A stretch of 64,000 nt of DNA from a virus (Duplodnaviria; Caudoviricetes), in IMG/VR virus record IMGVR_UViG_3300001598_000048, positions 9,446 through 73,445 of that record; one strand, given 5' to 3'. Position numbers and translations under genes: made by a program. This document shows, in pieces, positions 20,084 through 30,532 of this stretch. Position 1 is the first letter of the stretch. Each line of letters starts with the position of its first letter. A model generated the notes under the pieces. The model was not told where the DNA came from, made no database searches, and was given only the letters and a program-made list of their open reading frames with translations.

Positions 20084-21891
20084 TGAAACAAATTAGATTA
20101 AAAACAAATCATTTAACTGCGAATAGTAAAAGTTATATAACAGATTATCTTGGAACTCTCGGCGTAAAACTCGAAGATGTTCCAAGCTTTATAGATAAAC
20201 CAAGAATTGAAGATGAAGAAAGTGCGGAAAAACTTTGCAATATTAAAAGAGCCGCCGAAGTATTAATGCTTCATTTGCAAGATATAAGAAATCAAAGTAA
20301 TGTTTTCGTTCAAGTAGATAGTGATACAGATGGATATACTTCCGCAAGTATTATTATTGATTATTTAAGAAGAAGATTTGATTGCAATGTGAAATGGCGT
20401 TTGCATAATGGAAAAGAACACGGCATTATAGTTGAAAGCATACCAAGAGAATGTGATTTAGTTATTATTCCAGATGCTGGTTCAAATCAATTTGAAGAAC
20501 ATACTAAATTAAATAAATTAGGTAAAGATACTATTATATTAGACCATCACGAAGTTACAGATGAAAATCTTGATAAATTAAAAATCACTCCTGCCATTAT
20601 TGTTAATAATCAATTAAGTGAAGAATTTAGAAATAAGAATTTAAGTGGTGCAGGTGTAGTATACAAATTTATAAAATATATTGATGAACATTATTTCGCA
20701 TCTAATATGATTTATGAAGATTATACAGATTTAGCCGCCATTGGTATTATTGCCGATGCAATGAATATGCTTCAATTAGATAATAATTTTATCGCATATA
20801 AAGGTTTAAATAATATTAAAAGTAATTTTATAAAAGAGATTGCGGCTCGTCAATTAAGAGGAATCAAAGATCCAGAACATTTAACAAAAATAGATGTAGC
20901 ATTTTATATTGCACCTGTTATTAATGGTGTAATAAGAAGTGGATCAGTAGAAGATAAAGAAGCGGTTTTTAGAGCCATAAGTGAAAATAATTGCACTGAG
21001 ATGTTTGTTTCTACTTGGCGTGGAAATGAAAGAAATGAAACATTATATCAATATGCGGCTCGTTTAGCTTCAAATGCAAAGGCAAGACAAGATAGTTCAA
21101 AGAAAAAGAGTTTTGAATGGCTTTGTGAAAAAATTGAATCAGAAGGTTGGAATAATGATAATATCATTATTGCTACTATGAATGAAAAAGAATCTGCTAA
21201 AGTTAGTTCTACAATTACAGGTTTAATTGCAATGGAATTGGTTAAACATTATAATAAACCAACTTTAGTTTTAAGACAAACAGAAGAAAATGGAAAAGTA
21301 GTTTATGGTGGTAGCGGAAGAAATGGAAACTTTTATGGATTAAGTGATTTAAAGAGCGCATTACACGATGCTGGTGCTTATTTCGTAGAAGGACACGCTA
21401 ACGCATTTGGTTCTATTCTTACACCTGAACAAATTCCAAGTATTAGACAATACTTTAATGAGAATCTTGACGCCGCAACATTTAATGACACTGTATATGA
21501 TGTTGATTATTGGTTCTCAACAAATGAAGAGTTAGATTATAATATGCTTTATGAATTAGCAAAGTATGAATTTTTATATGGTAATTCTATTCCTCAACCA
21601 AGAATTGCAATTGATACAAACTTTAATAATGATGATGTATATTTTATGGGTGCAACTAAAAACTCAATTAAAATTATGGTTGGAAGAATTGGTTGTGTAA
21701 GTTTTAGTAATGATGTTTTAACTACACAACTTAAAAAGATGCCAAACGGAGGTCATGCTACAATAGTTGGTAGACCGCAAATAAACGAATGGAATGGAAC
21801 AATATCAGTTCAAATGATGATTGATGATATTAAATTAACTCCACCATTTACAACTCCAAAATTTAACGGCAATATTATAGATTTAATATAG
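20083..21891 (+). CDS. recJ: RecJ-like DHH ssDNA exonuclease
   Basis: DSDTDG, ILDHHE, LSGAGV, IGIIAD, GSGR, GHANAFG. Confidence 0.88.
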   Translation: MKQIRLKTNHLTANSKSYITDYLGTLGVKLEDVPSFIDKPRIEDEESAEKLCNIKRAAEVLMLHLQDIRNQSNVFVQVDSDTDGYTSASIIIDYLRRRFDCNVKWRLHNGKEHGIIVESIPRECDLVIIPDAGSNQFEEHTKLNKLGKDTIILDHHEVTDENLDKLKITPAIIVNNQLSEEFRNKNLSGAGVVYKFIKYIDEHYFASNMIYEDYTDLAAIGIIADAMNMLQLDNNFIAYKGLNNIKSNFIKEIAARQLRGIKDPEHLTKIDVAFYIAPVINGVIRSGSVEDKEAVFRAISENNCTEMFVSTWRGNERNETLYQYAARLASNAKARQDSSKKKSFEWLCEKIESEGWNNDNIIIATMNEKESAKVSSTITGLIAMELVKHYNKPTLVLRQTEENGKVVYGGSGRNGNFYGLSDLKSALHDAGAYFVEGHANAFGSILTPEQIPSIRQYFNENLDAATFNDTVYDVDYWFSTNEELDYNMLYELAKYEFLYGNSIPQPRIAIDTNFNNDDVYFMGATKNSIKIMVGRIGCVSFSNDVLTTQLKKMPNGGHATIVGRPQINEWNGTISVQMMIDDIKLTPPFTTPKFNGNIIDLI

Positions 21892-21899
21892 GAGAATAT

Positions 21900-22133
21900 A
21901 TGACTACAAAAGAATTTTCAAACAAATATAACTTACCATTAGATATAATAAATTATAAATTTGATTTATTTTCAATGTTAGATTATTTATATATTGCTTT
22001 TACAAAAGAACAACTAATTGAAATGATTAGCGATTATTATGATAATGCAGATCAAATATATAATGATTTAGAAAAAACAGTATTAGAAGGTAGTGAATTT
22101 TTAGGAAAATTAGTTGACAAAAAGAAAAAATAA
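21900..22133 (+). CDS. hypothetical protein
   Basis: Track ORF 77 aa, AGGAG RBS. Confidence 0.65.
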   Translation: MTTKEFSNKYNLPLDIINYKFDLFSMLDYLYIAFTKEQLIEMISDYYDNADQIYNDLEKTVLEGSEFLGKLVDKKKK

Positions 22134-22142
22134 TACTATAAT
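22114..22142 (+). promoter_or_regulatory. sigma70-type promoter
   Basis: TTGACA-N17-TATAAT. Confidence 0.85.
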
Positions 22143-22168
22143 ATATTATATGTAAAAGGAGAATAAAA

Positions 22169-25100
22169 ATGAGAGATTATATAGGATTACATAACCACAC
22201 CGAATATTCAAATGTAAAAATAATAGATAGTATTAATAGATTCGATAGAATGGTAGATTATGCCTGGGATTTAAATATGAGTGGTCTGGCTTTAACAGAC
22301 CACGATTGTTTAAGTGGAACAATGCAAGTCTTAGATATATATAAAGCAAAAATAAATAAAGAATGGTATGCTATACATCCTGAATGGAATGCGAACGAAC
22401 CAATGCCTACATTTGAAGAAAAGGCAAAAGAATTAGACTTTAAAGTCATTCTTGGTAACGAGATTTATTTAAGTGAAGAAGGTCTAACTGAAGCACAAAT
22501 GGACGGAAATCATCCTGTTCATTTTTGGCATCTTATTTTAATTGCAAAAGATGCAGAAGGTTTTCATCAATTAAAGCAAATTAGTAGCGCAGCTTGGAAA
22601 CGTGCTTGGTTTAGAAATATATTAAGAACTCCAACTTATCCATCTGATTTAATTGAATTTGTTAAAGGCGGACATTTAGTATGTTCAACTGCTTGTTTAG
22701 GTGGTTATCCAGCGTGGTGCTGGAAAATGATGAATAGTCAAGATTTATATCCTTTTGATGAAGAATTTTCATCTGCGAATTCTCCTGAATATTTTATTGA
22801 AAAGTTAGATAATCATTTAGCCGCAATGGAAGGATTATTTGGTAAAGGTAATTATTATATTGAACTTCAACCAAATGAAGAAGATTCTGATCAAAATAAC
22901 TATAATAAGTTTATGATAGATAGATATTGGGGAAAATATCCTTTTATCTTTACAACAGACGCTCACTATTTAAAAGCAGATGAAAGAGAAGTTCATAAAG
23001 CATTTTTAAATAGTAAAAGTAGTAAAGATAGAGAAGTTGACGAATTTTATAAATATGCTTATATTATTAGTCAAGAAGAAATCCGCAATTTAATGTTATA
23101 TTTAACTGATGAACAGTTTATGGAAATGGTTAATAACACACGTAAAATAAAAGATATGTGTGAATTTTATGAATTAGAACAAAAACCTAAATTAGCAAAA
23201 GTAGAATATGAACATTGGGATGAATATGAAGAAGATTTACAAATATTTGAAGAAGTAAATGCGGAAAAATATCCTAACTTTTATTATTATTTACATAGTG
23301 AAAATAAGCCAGATAACTATCTAGCAAGATTAGTTGCGCATGGTTATGTTAATAAATATAAAGATAATTGGTCTGATGATATATATTTTAGTAGACTTGA
23401 AGAAGAGTTTTGGACTTTAAAACAAGTCGGTGAAAAAATTGAACAACCAATGGCAGACTATTTTATCACAATGAGTAAGATTATAGATATTTGTTGGGAT
23501 AATGCTCAAACAATAGTTGGACCTTCACGTGGATCTGCGGGCGCATTATTAATTAATTATCTTTTAGGAATAACTCAAATGAATCCGATAGAAATGGAAC
23601 TTCCATTTGTATGGCGTTTCTTACATCCATCAAGACCAGATCTACCAGATATAGATTTTGATACAGAAAGCGATAAACGTGCGAAAGTATTTTTAGAAGT
23701 TAAAAAATATTTTGAAAGTATTGGTGGAGATGTTATTAATGTTTGTACTTTTGGTACAGAAGGAACAAAATCTGCAATTAAAACTGCGGGACGTGGTTTA
23801 AATATTGATGATGATGTAATTAGTTATATAACTTCAATGATACCTAATGAAAGAGGTTTTGACTGGACGCTTCAAGATTGTTATTATGGAAATGATGATG
23901 ATAAGAAGCCAATTAAAGCGTTTGTAGAACAAATGAATCAATATCCTGAATTATGGCAATTAGTTCAAACAATTGAAGGTTTAGTAACTAGATTAGGTGT
24001 TCACGCATCAGGTGTAGTTTGTGTTAATGATGATTTCACAAATTATAATAGTTATATGAAAACTTCAAAAGAACAATTAGTTACTTCTTATGACTTACAT
24101 ACATTAGAAAGATGTGGAATGGTTAAATATGACTTCTTAACTGTTTCCGCACTTGATAGAATTAGACAATGTATGAATTATATGTTAGAAGATGGAACTA
24201 TTGAATGGGAAGGAAGTCTAAGAAAAACATATAATAAATATCTTCATCCTGCGGTTTTAGATTATGATAGTAAAGAAATGTGGGATATGGTTGGTAATGG
24301 CGAAATTAGTAGTTTGTTCCAATTCGATACATTAGTAGGTAGTCAAGCAATTAAAGATATCCAACCTCGTAGTTTAAATGAATTAGCAATTTCATCTTCA
24401 TTAATGAGATTAATGGCAGATGGAGAACTTCCATTAGCAAAGTTTGCAAGATTTAAACGTGTTCCATCATTATGGTATGATGAAATGAGTCGTATGGGTT
24501 TAAATCAAAATGAAATTAAAGTTCTTGAAAAATATCTTTATAAGAAAAAAGGTGTTGGTGAATCTCAAGAAGTTATTATGCAAATAGTAATGGATCCGCA
24601 AATTAGTGGGTTTGATATGAAAGAAGCAAATAAATTAAGAAAGACTATTGCTAAAAAGAAGTTCAGAGAAATTGAACAAGTTAAAGAATTATTTTATAGT
24701 AAAGGTACGGAACTCGGCACAAGTAAAGTATTATTAGATTATGTTTGGAATGTTCAAGTATCTATGCAGTTAGGTTATTCTTTCTCCGAGATTCATACAA
24801 CTGCATACGCATTAATTGCGCTTCAAGAAATGAATTTAGCATATAAGTATCCAATTATTTATTGGAATTGTGCTTGTTTATCAGTTGATGCATCAGCAAT
24901 TAATGCACAAGACTTCTATAATTTAATTGATGATGATATTTTAACAGTTGATGAGGTTGAAGGAAAAAAGATCCAAAATAAAATGGATTATGCGAAACTT
25001 GCAGCCGCATTAGATAAGTTTAAAAATATATGTAAAATTAATCTTCCTGATATAAATAAATCAAGATTAAGTTTTACACCTGATAAAGACACAAATAATA

Positions 25101-26224
25101 TTCTTTATGGATTAAAAGGAATCACTAAAGTAACAGATCCAGTTATTGAAGAAATAATGTATAATAGACCTTTTAGTTCATTAGAAGACTTTTATAATAG
25201 AGTAACAAAACGTATTGTAACAAAAGATAAAATTATTAATTTAATTAAGTCAGGTGCATTTGATAATATAGAAAAGAAATCTCGTGCAGAAATATTAAAA
25301 AAGTTCGTATGGATGATTTGTGAACCTAAGAAAAAATTAACAATGCAAAATGCAAATATGTTAATTGATGCGGAACTTTTACCTACTTCTTTAAATTATT
25401 ATGCAGATGTATATAAAATAACAAAAGAATTGAGAAAAAATAGAGATGCGCTTAAATTATGGTATTGCGCAGATAGATTAGAAGTTCCTGTAAATAAAGT
25501 TGATATATGGCGTCAAATAGTTGCTGATAGCAAAATAGTTCCGCAAGATTTAGTTATAGATGGAGAAGAACGTCGTGTACTTGATAGCAATAAATGGGAT
25601 AACTTTTATGAAAGAAATATGGCATATATAAAGGCGTATATAACTGAGAATCAATTAGATTTATTAAATGAATTAAATAATAAATTGTTTAATGACGAGT
25701 TTAATAAATATTGTTCAGGTGATGAGTTGCAATGGGAATTAGATAGTATGAACTTCTATTTTAAAGAACATCCATTAAATATTGGTATTAAAGATATGCC
25801 GATTGTAGTTGATAGATTGGAGTGTATTATTGAAGGTGCTCAAGACGGAATGTTCTATATTAAAGGAAAAGAGATTCCTAAAATGAAATTGTATACTATT
25901 GCTGGAACAGTTATAGATAGAGATACAACAAAAGGTTTAGTAACTATTCAATGTACAGATGGAGTAGTTAATATTAAATTATATAAGAGTTTGTTTGCTG
26001 CATATAATAAAGCCGTTGCTTATGAAGATGAAAACGGAAATAAATATATTGAAGAAGAAAGTTTCTTTGAAAAAGGTGTTCATTTATTAATAACTGGTAT
26101 TCAACGCGGCGCTACTTTTGTTCCAAAAGTATATAAAAATGTTGGTCGTCATAGTATTGTTAGAATAATATTAAATGATGATAATACATTTAAAAAGTTT
26201 GAATCAAAAGAGGAAATTGAATAA
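22169..26224 (+). CDS. dnaE: DNA polymerase III alpha subunit (family C)
   Basis: PHP motifs LHNHTEYS and ALTDH; GPSRGSAG; PDIDFD; GVHASGVV; KYDFL; C-terminal OB fold. Confidence 0.95.
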   Translation: MRDYIGLHNHTEYSNVKIIDSINRFDRMVDYAWDLNMSGLALTDHDCLSGTMQVLDIYKAKINKEWYAIHPEWNANEPMPTFEEKAKELDFKVILGNEIYLSEEGLTEAQMDGNHPVHFWHLILIAKDAEGFHQLKQISSAAWKRAWFRNILRTPTYPSDLIEFVKGGHLVCSTACLGGYPAWCWKMMNSQDLYPFDEEFSSANSPEYFIEKLDNHLAAMEGLFGKGNYYIELQPNEEDSDQNNYNKFMIDRYWGKYPFIFTTDAHYLKADEREVHKAFLNSKSSKDREVDEFYKYAYIISQEEIRNLMLYLTDEQFMEMVNNTRKIKDMCEFYELEQKPKLAKVEYEHWDEYEEDLQIFEEVNAEKYPNFYYYLHSENKPDNYLARLVAHGYVNKYKDNWSDDIYFSRLEEEFWTLKQVGEKIEQPMADYFITMSKIIDICWDNAQTIVGPSRGSAGALLINYLLGITQMNPIEMELPFVWRFLHPSRPDLPDIDFDTESDKRAKVFLEVKKYFESIGGDVINVCTFGTEGTKSAIKTAGRGLNIDDDVISYITSMIPNERGFDWTLQDCYYGNDDDKKPIKAFVEQMNQYPELWQLVQTIEGLVTRLGVHASGVVCVNDDFTNYNSYMKTSKEQLVTSYDLHTLERCGMVKYDFLTVSALDRIRQCMNYMLEDGTIEWEGSLRKTYNKYLHPAVLDYDSKEMWDMVGNGEISSLFQFDTLVGSQAIKDIQPRSLNELAISSSLMRLMADGELPLAKFARFKRVPSLWYDEMSRMGLNQNEIKVLEKYLYKKKGVGESQEVIMQIVMDPQISGFDMKEANKLRKTIAKKKFREIEQVKELFYSKGTELGTSKVLLDYVWNVQVSMQLGYSFSEIHTTAYALIALQEMNLAYKYPIIYWNCACLSVDASAINAQDFYNLIDDDILTVDEVEGKKIQNKMDYAKLAAALDKFKNICKINLPDINKSRLSFTPDKDTNNILYGLKGITKVTDPVIEEIMYNRPFSSLEDFYNRVTKRIVTKDKIINLIKSGAFDNIEKKSRAEILKKFVWMICEPKKKLTMQNANMLIDAELLPTSLNYYADVYKITKELRKNRDALKLWYCADRLEVPVNKVDIWRQIVADSKIVPQDLVIDGEERRVLDSNKWDNFYERNMAYIKAYITENQLDLLNELNNKLFNDEFNKYCSGDELQWELDSMNFYFKEHPLNIGIKDMPIVVDRLECIIEGAQDGMFYIKGKEIPKMKLYTIAGTVIDRDTTKGLVTIQCTDGVVNIKLYKSLFAAYNKAVAYEDENGNKYIEEESFFEKGVHLLITGIQRGATFVPKVYKNVGRHSIVRIILNDDNTFKKFESKEEIE

Positions 26225-27348
26225 TGAAGATAACGATTTGGGATATGGACTATTATTATAATAGAAACAGTAAAAAGAAACCAGATGTAATGAAGTTATC
26301 TAGTTATTACAAACAATTGGGCGATAGCGTAAATTTTGTTCTTACTGAAGATGATATTAATAGATTTGCGGAAATTATTTATGTCTTTAAAGATAATAAA
26401 GATTTACCGCAACCTCCTGCGTCTTTCTTTTTAGATCCTCGTGTGCGTTGGGATGGTAAAGCATATACGATGCGCAAAAAATGACGTATGACTGATGTAA
26501 TGCTTGCTTGTAGACCAGATTATTTATTATATCCTTTTAGAGATATAAAGGAAGATCGTTCTGAATACATTAGATTATTTAATGATAAGGCGGAATTATT
26601 GCCGCATATTCAAGATTGAAGTAATAGTTTTAAAAATAAATATGCCATTGTAATTGATAAAAATATGTGGCAAAGTGATTTAATTTCTTTAATACAAGGA
26701 TTAAATATGCTTACTAATGTTAAAAATATCTCTTTTTCTGAACCAATATGAATTCAAAAAATAATATCTAATAATTTAATCAAAGATGCATTTATTAAAT
26801 TGAATTTTATTGCTGGTAGTAATTTAGAATGGACAATGGTTAAAATAAATCAGTTAGATGATATAATTGATTTTATTAGAGATTTTAAAAAACTACATCC
26901 AACAGTAGATGCGAATAAAATTATTGTAGATTGTAGAGAAAAGAATTCCGATCATTGGAATAATAAACAAAATGCGCTTGATGAATTTCAGCGCACTAAA
27001 GAACTAATTATCAGATGCAAAAGAGAAGATTTTAGAATAGAAGTTCGCATGCCCGCAAATAGATTTGAAACGCCTTATTTTCAACTATTTGAACATTTAA
27101 GTATGTGGACAGATAAATATTTTAATTTAAGTTGGCTTGAATATATAACTTTAAAATATGCGGGACGCCATTGTAGTTATGAACATTATTGGAATCATCC
27201 AGAAGAATGGCACGAAATATTTAGAGATTTATTAAGACAGACTTATACAGATCATGATTTTTTATTATCAACTATGAAAAATCATAGAGTATCAGAAAAT
27301 AAAATACCATGGAAAATGTGGGAAGAGGAGTTTAAATATGGATTGTAA
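26224..27348 (+). CDS. hypothetical protein, 374 aa with 3 TGA=Trp; N terminus resembles phage radical-SAM-associated proteins but lacks CxxxCxxC
   Basis: Track ORFs 26224 and 26800 share a frame; DVMKLSSYYKQLGDSV and RPDYLLYP. Confidence 0.7.
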
Positions 27349-27595
27349 ATTAACAAATGAAGGAACGACAATTTTTAATGAAAATTATACTATTTGCATT
27401 GATGGAGTAGATATTGAAAAATTAGAAAATAATTCTACATACTGCATTAGTTTTTCAATTGATGATTATACAGTAGATGATGTATCTAGAGTGCTTCAAG
27501 GATTAAATAATTGGATGAAAGAAAATGATAGAAATATAATTTTTATTGCAAAAACAAGTGAAATTAAAATGGAGAAAGTAGATAATGAAGTATAA
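27338..27595 (+). CDS. hypothetical protein
   Basis: Track ORF 85 aa, GAGGAG RBS. Confidence 0.65.
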   Translation: MDCKLTNEGTTIFNENYTICIDGVDIEKLENNSTYCISFSIDDYTVDDVSRVLQGLNNWMKENDRNIIFIAKTSEIKMEKVDNEV

Positions 27596-28184
27596 AGAAT
27601 ATAATAGAATATGTATTTTAGATACTGAAACAACTGATATATATTGGAATACTTGTGCACCAGTGCAAATTGCCGCAATAATTTGTGATGGCGATGGAAA
27701 TGTAATTGATAGTTTTAATGAAAGAATTAAAACTACACATCAAATTGCGCCAGATGCAAGTGCAGTTCATGGTATATATGCTAAAGATTTAGTAAATTGT
27801 CGTAAAGAAAGTGAAGTTTTAATGTCATTTTGTGCTTGGATGAAACAACAAGAAGTAGATTTATTATTAACATATAATGGTGAAGCATTTGATAGACGTA
27901 TGTTAAATTGCAGATGTCAAAAATTAAATATACCTTTTAAGTATTTTGAGAAAGAAAGTTTCCCTGGACTGGATGGATATTATGATTGTATCGCAGAAGC
28001 AAAGCGCCGCAATTTATTTGGTTTAAAAGATAAATTAGGTCGCAAATGGAGATTAACATTAGTTAGTGAAGCATTGGGTTTTAGTACTGAAAATGCGCAC
28101 GATGCTCTCGCCGATGTTTATATGCTTAAGAACTGCTTTTTTAAAGTAGATCCGATAATTCATCCGCAAGATTGGAAAGAATAA
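27585..28184 (+). CDS. DnaQ-like DEDDh 3'-5' exonuclease (Pol III epsilon-like)
   Basis: ILDTETT, AVHGI, TYNGEAFD, HDALADV. Confidence 0.9.
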   Translation: MKYKEYNRICILDTETTDIYWNTCAPVQIAAIICDGDGNVIDSFNERIKTTHQIAPDASAVHGIYAKDLVNCRKESEVLMSFCAWMKQQEVDLLLTYNGEAFDRRMLNCRCQKLNIPFKYFEKESFPGLDGYYDCIAEAKRRNLFGLKDKLGRKWRLTLVSEALGFSTENAHDALADVYMLKNCFFKVDPIIHPQDWKE

Positions 28185-28213
28185 AAAGAGACCATAATGG
28201 TCTCTTTCTTTTA
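28185..28213. terminator. bidirectional terminator between convergent genes
   Basis: AAAGAGACCA-TAA-TGGTCTCTTT with A and T tracts on the flanks. Confidence 0.8.
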
Positions 28214-29401
28214 ATCATTTAGTAAATTAATACCATCTATACTTAAATCAAAGTATGGAGCTGATCTAAATTTAGATTCTTGGAAATATCCATCTATAAT
28301 GACTTCTGTCTCACCAACATAAGTTCCATCATCATCTACATCTGCTAAATATGTAGTAATCTTATTTCCTTTTACGGTAAAATTATCTATATCAAATACT
28401 TTAATTTCGCCTTTCTTAAAACTTTCAATAGCGGCGTCAATTGCTTCTTGTGTTCCTGCTGCGGCATTTTTTCCGCATTCAGTCATTTTAACTGAACCAG
28501 TTGCTAAAGTTCCTATCCAATCGTAATCAATTTTTTGTTTATTTAAAACTTGTGTAATTGCATATTCGAAATATGGTGCCCAATCAATTCTTGAAGATAC
28601 AATGAATGTTTCAGGACATTGTGTAGCAGTTGAACCATTATATGATACATTTGGAACTTTTGCATTTTCACAAGCATCTGGAGCGCCATAAGAATCGGCG
28701 TGTTGAGAAATTAATACGCATCTGCCTTGAATTAAAGCTTCAGTTGTTGATTTCTCTTTATCGAAATCGTACCAACTAGAAGTAAATCTTACATCCATGG
28801 TTACAGATGGACAAACTGATTTAGCACCTAAATAGAATGCAGTATAACCTGATTTTACTTCGGCATAAGGAAATGCTCCTACATAACCAATCTTTGCTTG
28901 ATCTGCGGTAATTTTCTTCGCAGTGATCATTTCATTTAATTTCATTCCTGCGGCAATACCAGCGATATAACGACCTTCATAGATTGCGGCAAAAGCATTT
29001 GAATAATTATCTAACTTTTCAGTATGCGCTTTTACGCCAGTTGCGTGTGCAAAATATGTATTAGGATTAGATTTTGCGGCTAAAATAATATATCCTTCAT
29101 GTCCGAATGAATCCGCAAATACGAAATCACAAGTTACTGCTAATTCACAAGCTTTGTCATAACATTCTTGTCCTTCTGGAACACCTGTTACTAATTCTAA
29201 TTGATCTTCTGAAATACCTAAATTATCAAGAGCGGTTTTCATTGATGTAATAAAATTGGCATCGTATGTAGAACTTTCATCGTGCAAGCAAATTAAACCA
29301 ATTTTGATGTTATCTTTAGAAAGTTCTTTTGTAGTTTTTTGACAACCGAACAAACTTAAAGAAACTAATAATGCAAAAAGAAATACGAAAATCTTTTTCA
29401 T
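28211..29401 (-). CDS. BMP-family (PnrA-like) substrate-binding lipoprotein
   Basis: Signal peptide with lipobox LFGC; DSFGH, AIYEGRYIAGIAAG, KIGYVGA, AFYLGA, ISQHADS. Confidence 0.9.
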   Translation of the reverse strand: MKKIFVFLFALLVSLSLFGCQKTTKELSKDNIKIGLICLHDESSTYDANFITSMKTALDNLGISEDQLELVTGVPEGQECYDKACELAVTCDFVFADSFGHEGYIILAAKSNPNTYFAHATGVKAHTEKLDNYSNAFAAIYEGRYIAGIAAGMKLNEMITAKKITADQAKIGYVGAFPYAEVKSGYTAFYLGAKSVCPSVTMDVRFTSSWYDFDKEKSTTEALIQGRCVLISQHADSYGAPDACENAKVPNVSYNGSTATQCPETFIVSSRIDWAPYFEYAITQVLNKQKIDYDWIGTLATGSVKMTECGKNAAAGTQEAIDAAIESFKKGEIKVFDIDNFTVKGNKITTYLADVDDDGTYVGETEVIIDGYFQESKFRSAPYFDLSIDGINLLND

Positions 29402-29429
29402 TTAATTTGTTTTATCTCCTATAAAATTT

Positions 29430-29452
29430 AAAACCTCTTTTAAAGAGGTTTT
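29430..29452 (-). terminator. hairpin / terminator after the holin-like genes
   Basis: AAAACCTCT-N5-AGAGGTTTT. Confidence 0.6.
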
Positions 29453-29457
29453 ATTAA

Positions 29458-29799
29458 TTATCTAGTTAATCCATTTACAAATGAAATGGTTTGATCAATA
29501 TAAGCGCTAAGTTGATCTAAGAATATAGTTATGTCTATTCCTGCGGCTGCACATCCAGCCTTAACAGAATTAATAACCATTACTTTTTTATCTGCACCAA
29601 CTGCTAATTCTTTTTCGACTTCTTGCATAGATTTATCCGCAATTGCCATTATTAAATTCCAAACTTCTTGAGCGCTTTTTTCTTTTGTTGCTTTAATAAA
29701 AGATTTAATTGAAAAATATGCACCAATACCTGTTCCTATTAATCCTAAAAATCCGGTTATTAAGGCAATTAAACCATTAACTGTTGTAATCCAATTCAT
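29458..29799 (-). CDS. holin-like membrane protein
   Basis: N-terminal TM segment followed by an amphipathic region (..GADKKVMVIN..IDQTIS) resembling LL-H-type holins. Confidence 0.55.
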   Translation of the reverse strand: MNWITTVNGLIALITGFLGLIGTGIGAYFSIKSFIKATKEKSAQEVWNLIMAIADKSMQEVEKELAVGADKKVMVINSVKAGCAAAGIDITIFLDQLSAYIDQTISFVNGLTR

Positions 29800-29807
29800 A
29801 CTTTCTC

Positions 29808-30212
29808 CTATCTATCCTTTGGAGTATCTGGCATATTTATTAGTTTTTCTCTGTAACTATCCATAACGCCATTGCTTCCAAGTGCGTGATAATTTTTATA
29901 AATATTTTCAAAATGGTCTTTTACTTCTCTTGGACAATATCTTTTATCTTTTCAAGCATCAAATATTTCACACAAATCGTGTCTTAAGCCAGCCTGAACG
30001 CCGCTTGATAATAATTCAGTTCTGTCGTAAATTTCATTTGTTTTTTCAGTGAGCGGTTTTAATTCTTCACGAACAATAATTGTTATATTTCTTTTTTCTT
30101 GTTCTGTCTCTGCATGATTTACAAGCTCTTTTTTCTTATTTATAAAAGACATAACAATGGCTGTAATAACACTTACAGCAATTCCAGAACATACGGATAC
30201 TAGCCATTCCAT
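29808..30212 (-). CDS. holin-like / lysis-cassette membrane protein, 134 aa with one TGA=Trp
   Basis: N-terminal TM; LRHDL...DA(TGA)KDKRYCP...ENIYKNYHALGSNGVMD, a pattern common in Firmicute phage lysis cassettes; ends TAG at 29808. Confidence 0.6.
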
Positions 30213-30256
30213 AATCTTACCTCATCAAATGAAACAATATTGCTTCATTATAATTT

Positions 30257-30331
30257 AGTATAGAAAGTTTTTTCTTAAAAAACAAAAACGACTAAACGAT
30301 AATTGAAAAATAGAATGATTTTTTGTATACT
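30257..30331. promoter_or_regulatory. divergent sigma70-type promoters
   Basis: Minus strand TTGTTT-N17-TATACT (30285-30257); plus strand TTGAAA-N17-TATACT (30303-30331). Confidence 0.65.
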
Positions 30332-30355
30332 TAAAGTAGTTAGGAGATGATATTT

Positions 30356-30532
30356 ATGACAAATGAAGAAATTATTAAATTCAAACTTAATGTAAATAAT
30401 TTTACATTAGAAGAATTAAAAAAAGAACAACAAGACATTCAAGCTTCAATTAGTAAAATGATTCTTGATAGTGATTTAATTATTAAAGCCGCCATTATTG
30501 AAACTTTAATTAATGAAAAGGAAGCTAAATAA
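30356..30532 (+). CDS. small coiled-coil hypothetical protein
   Basis: GGAG RBS; within track ORF 30347..30532. Confidence 0.65.
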   Translation: MTNEEIIKFKLNVNNFTLEELKKEQQDIQASISKMILDSDLIIKAAIIETLINEKEAK

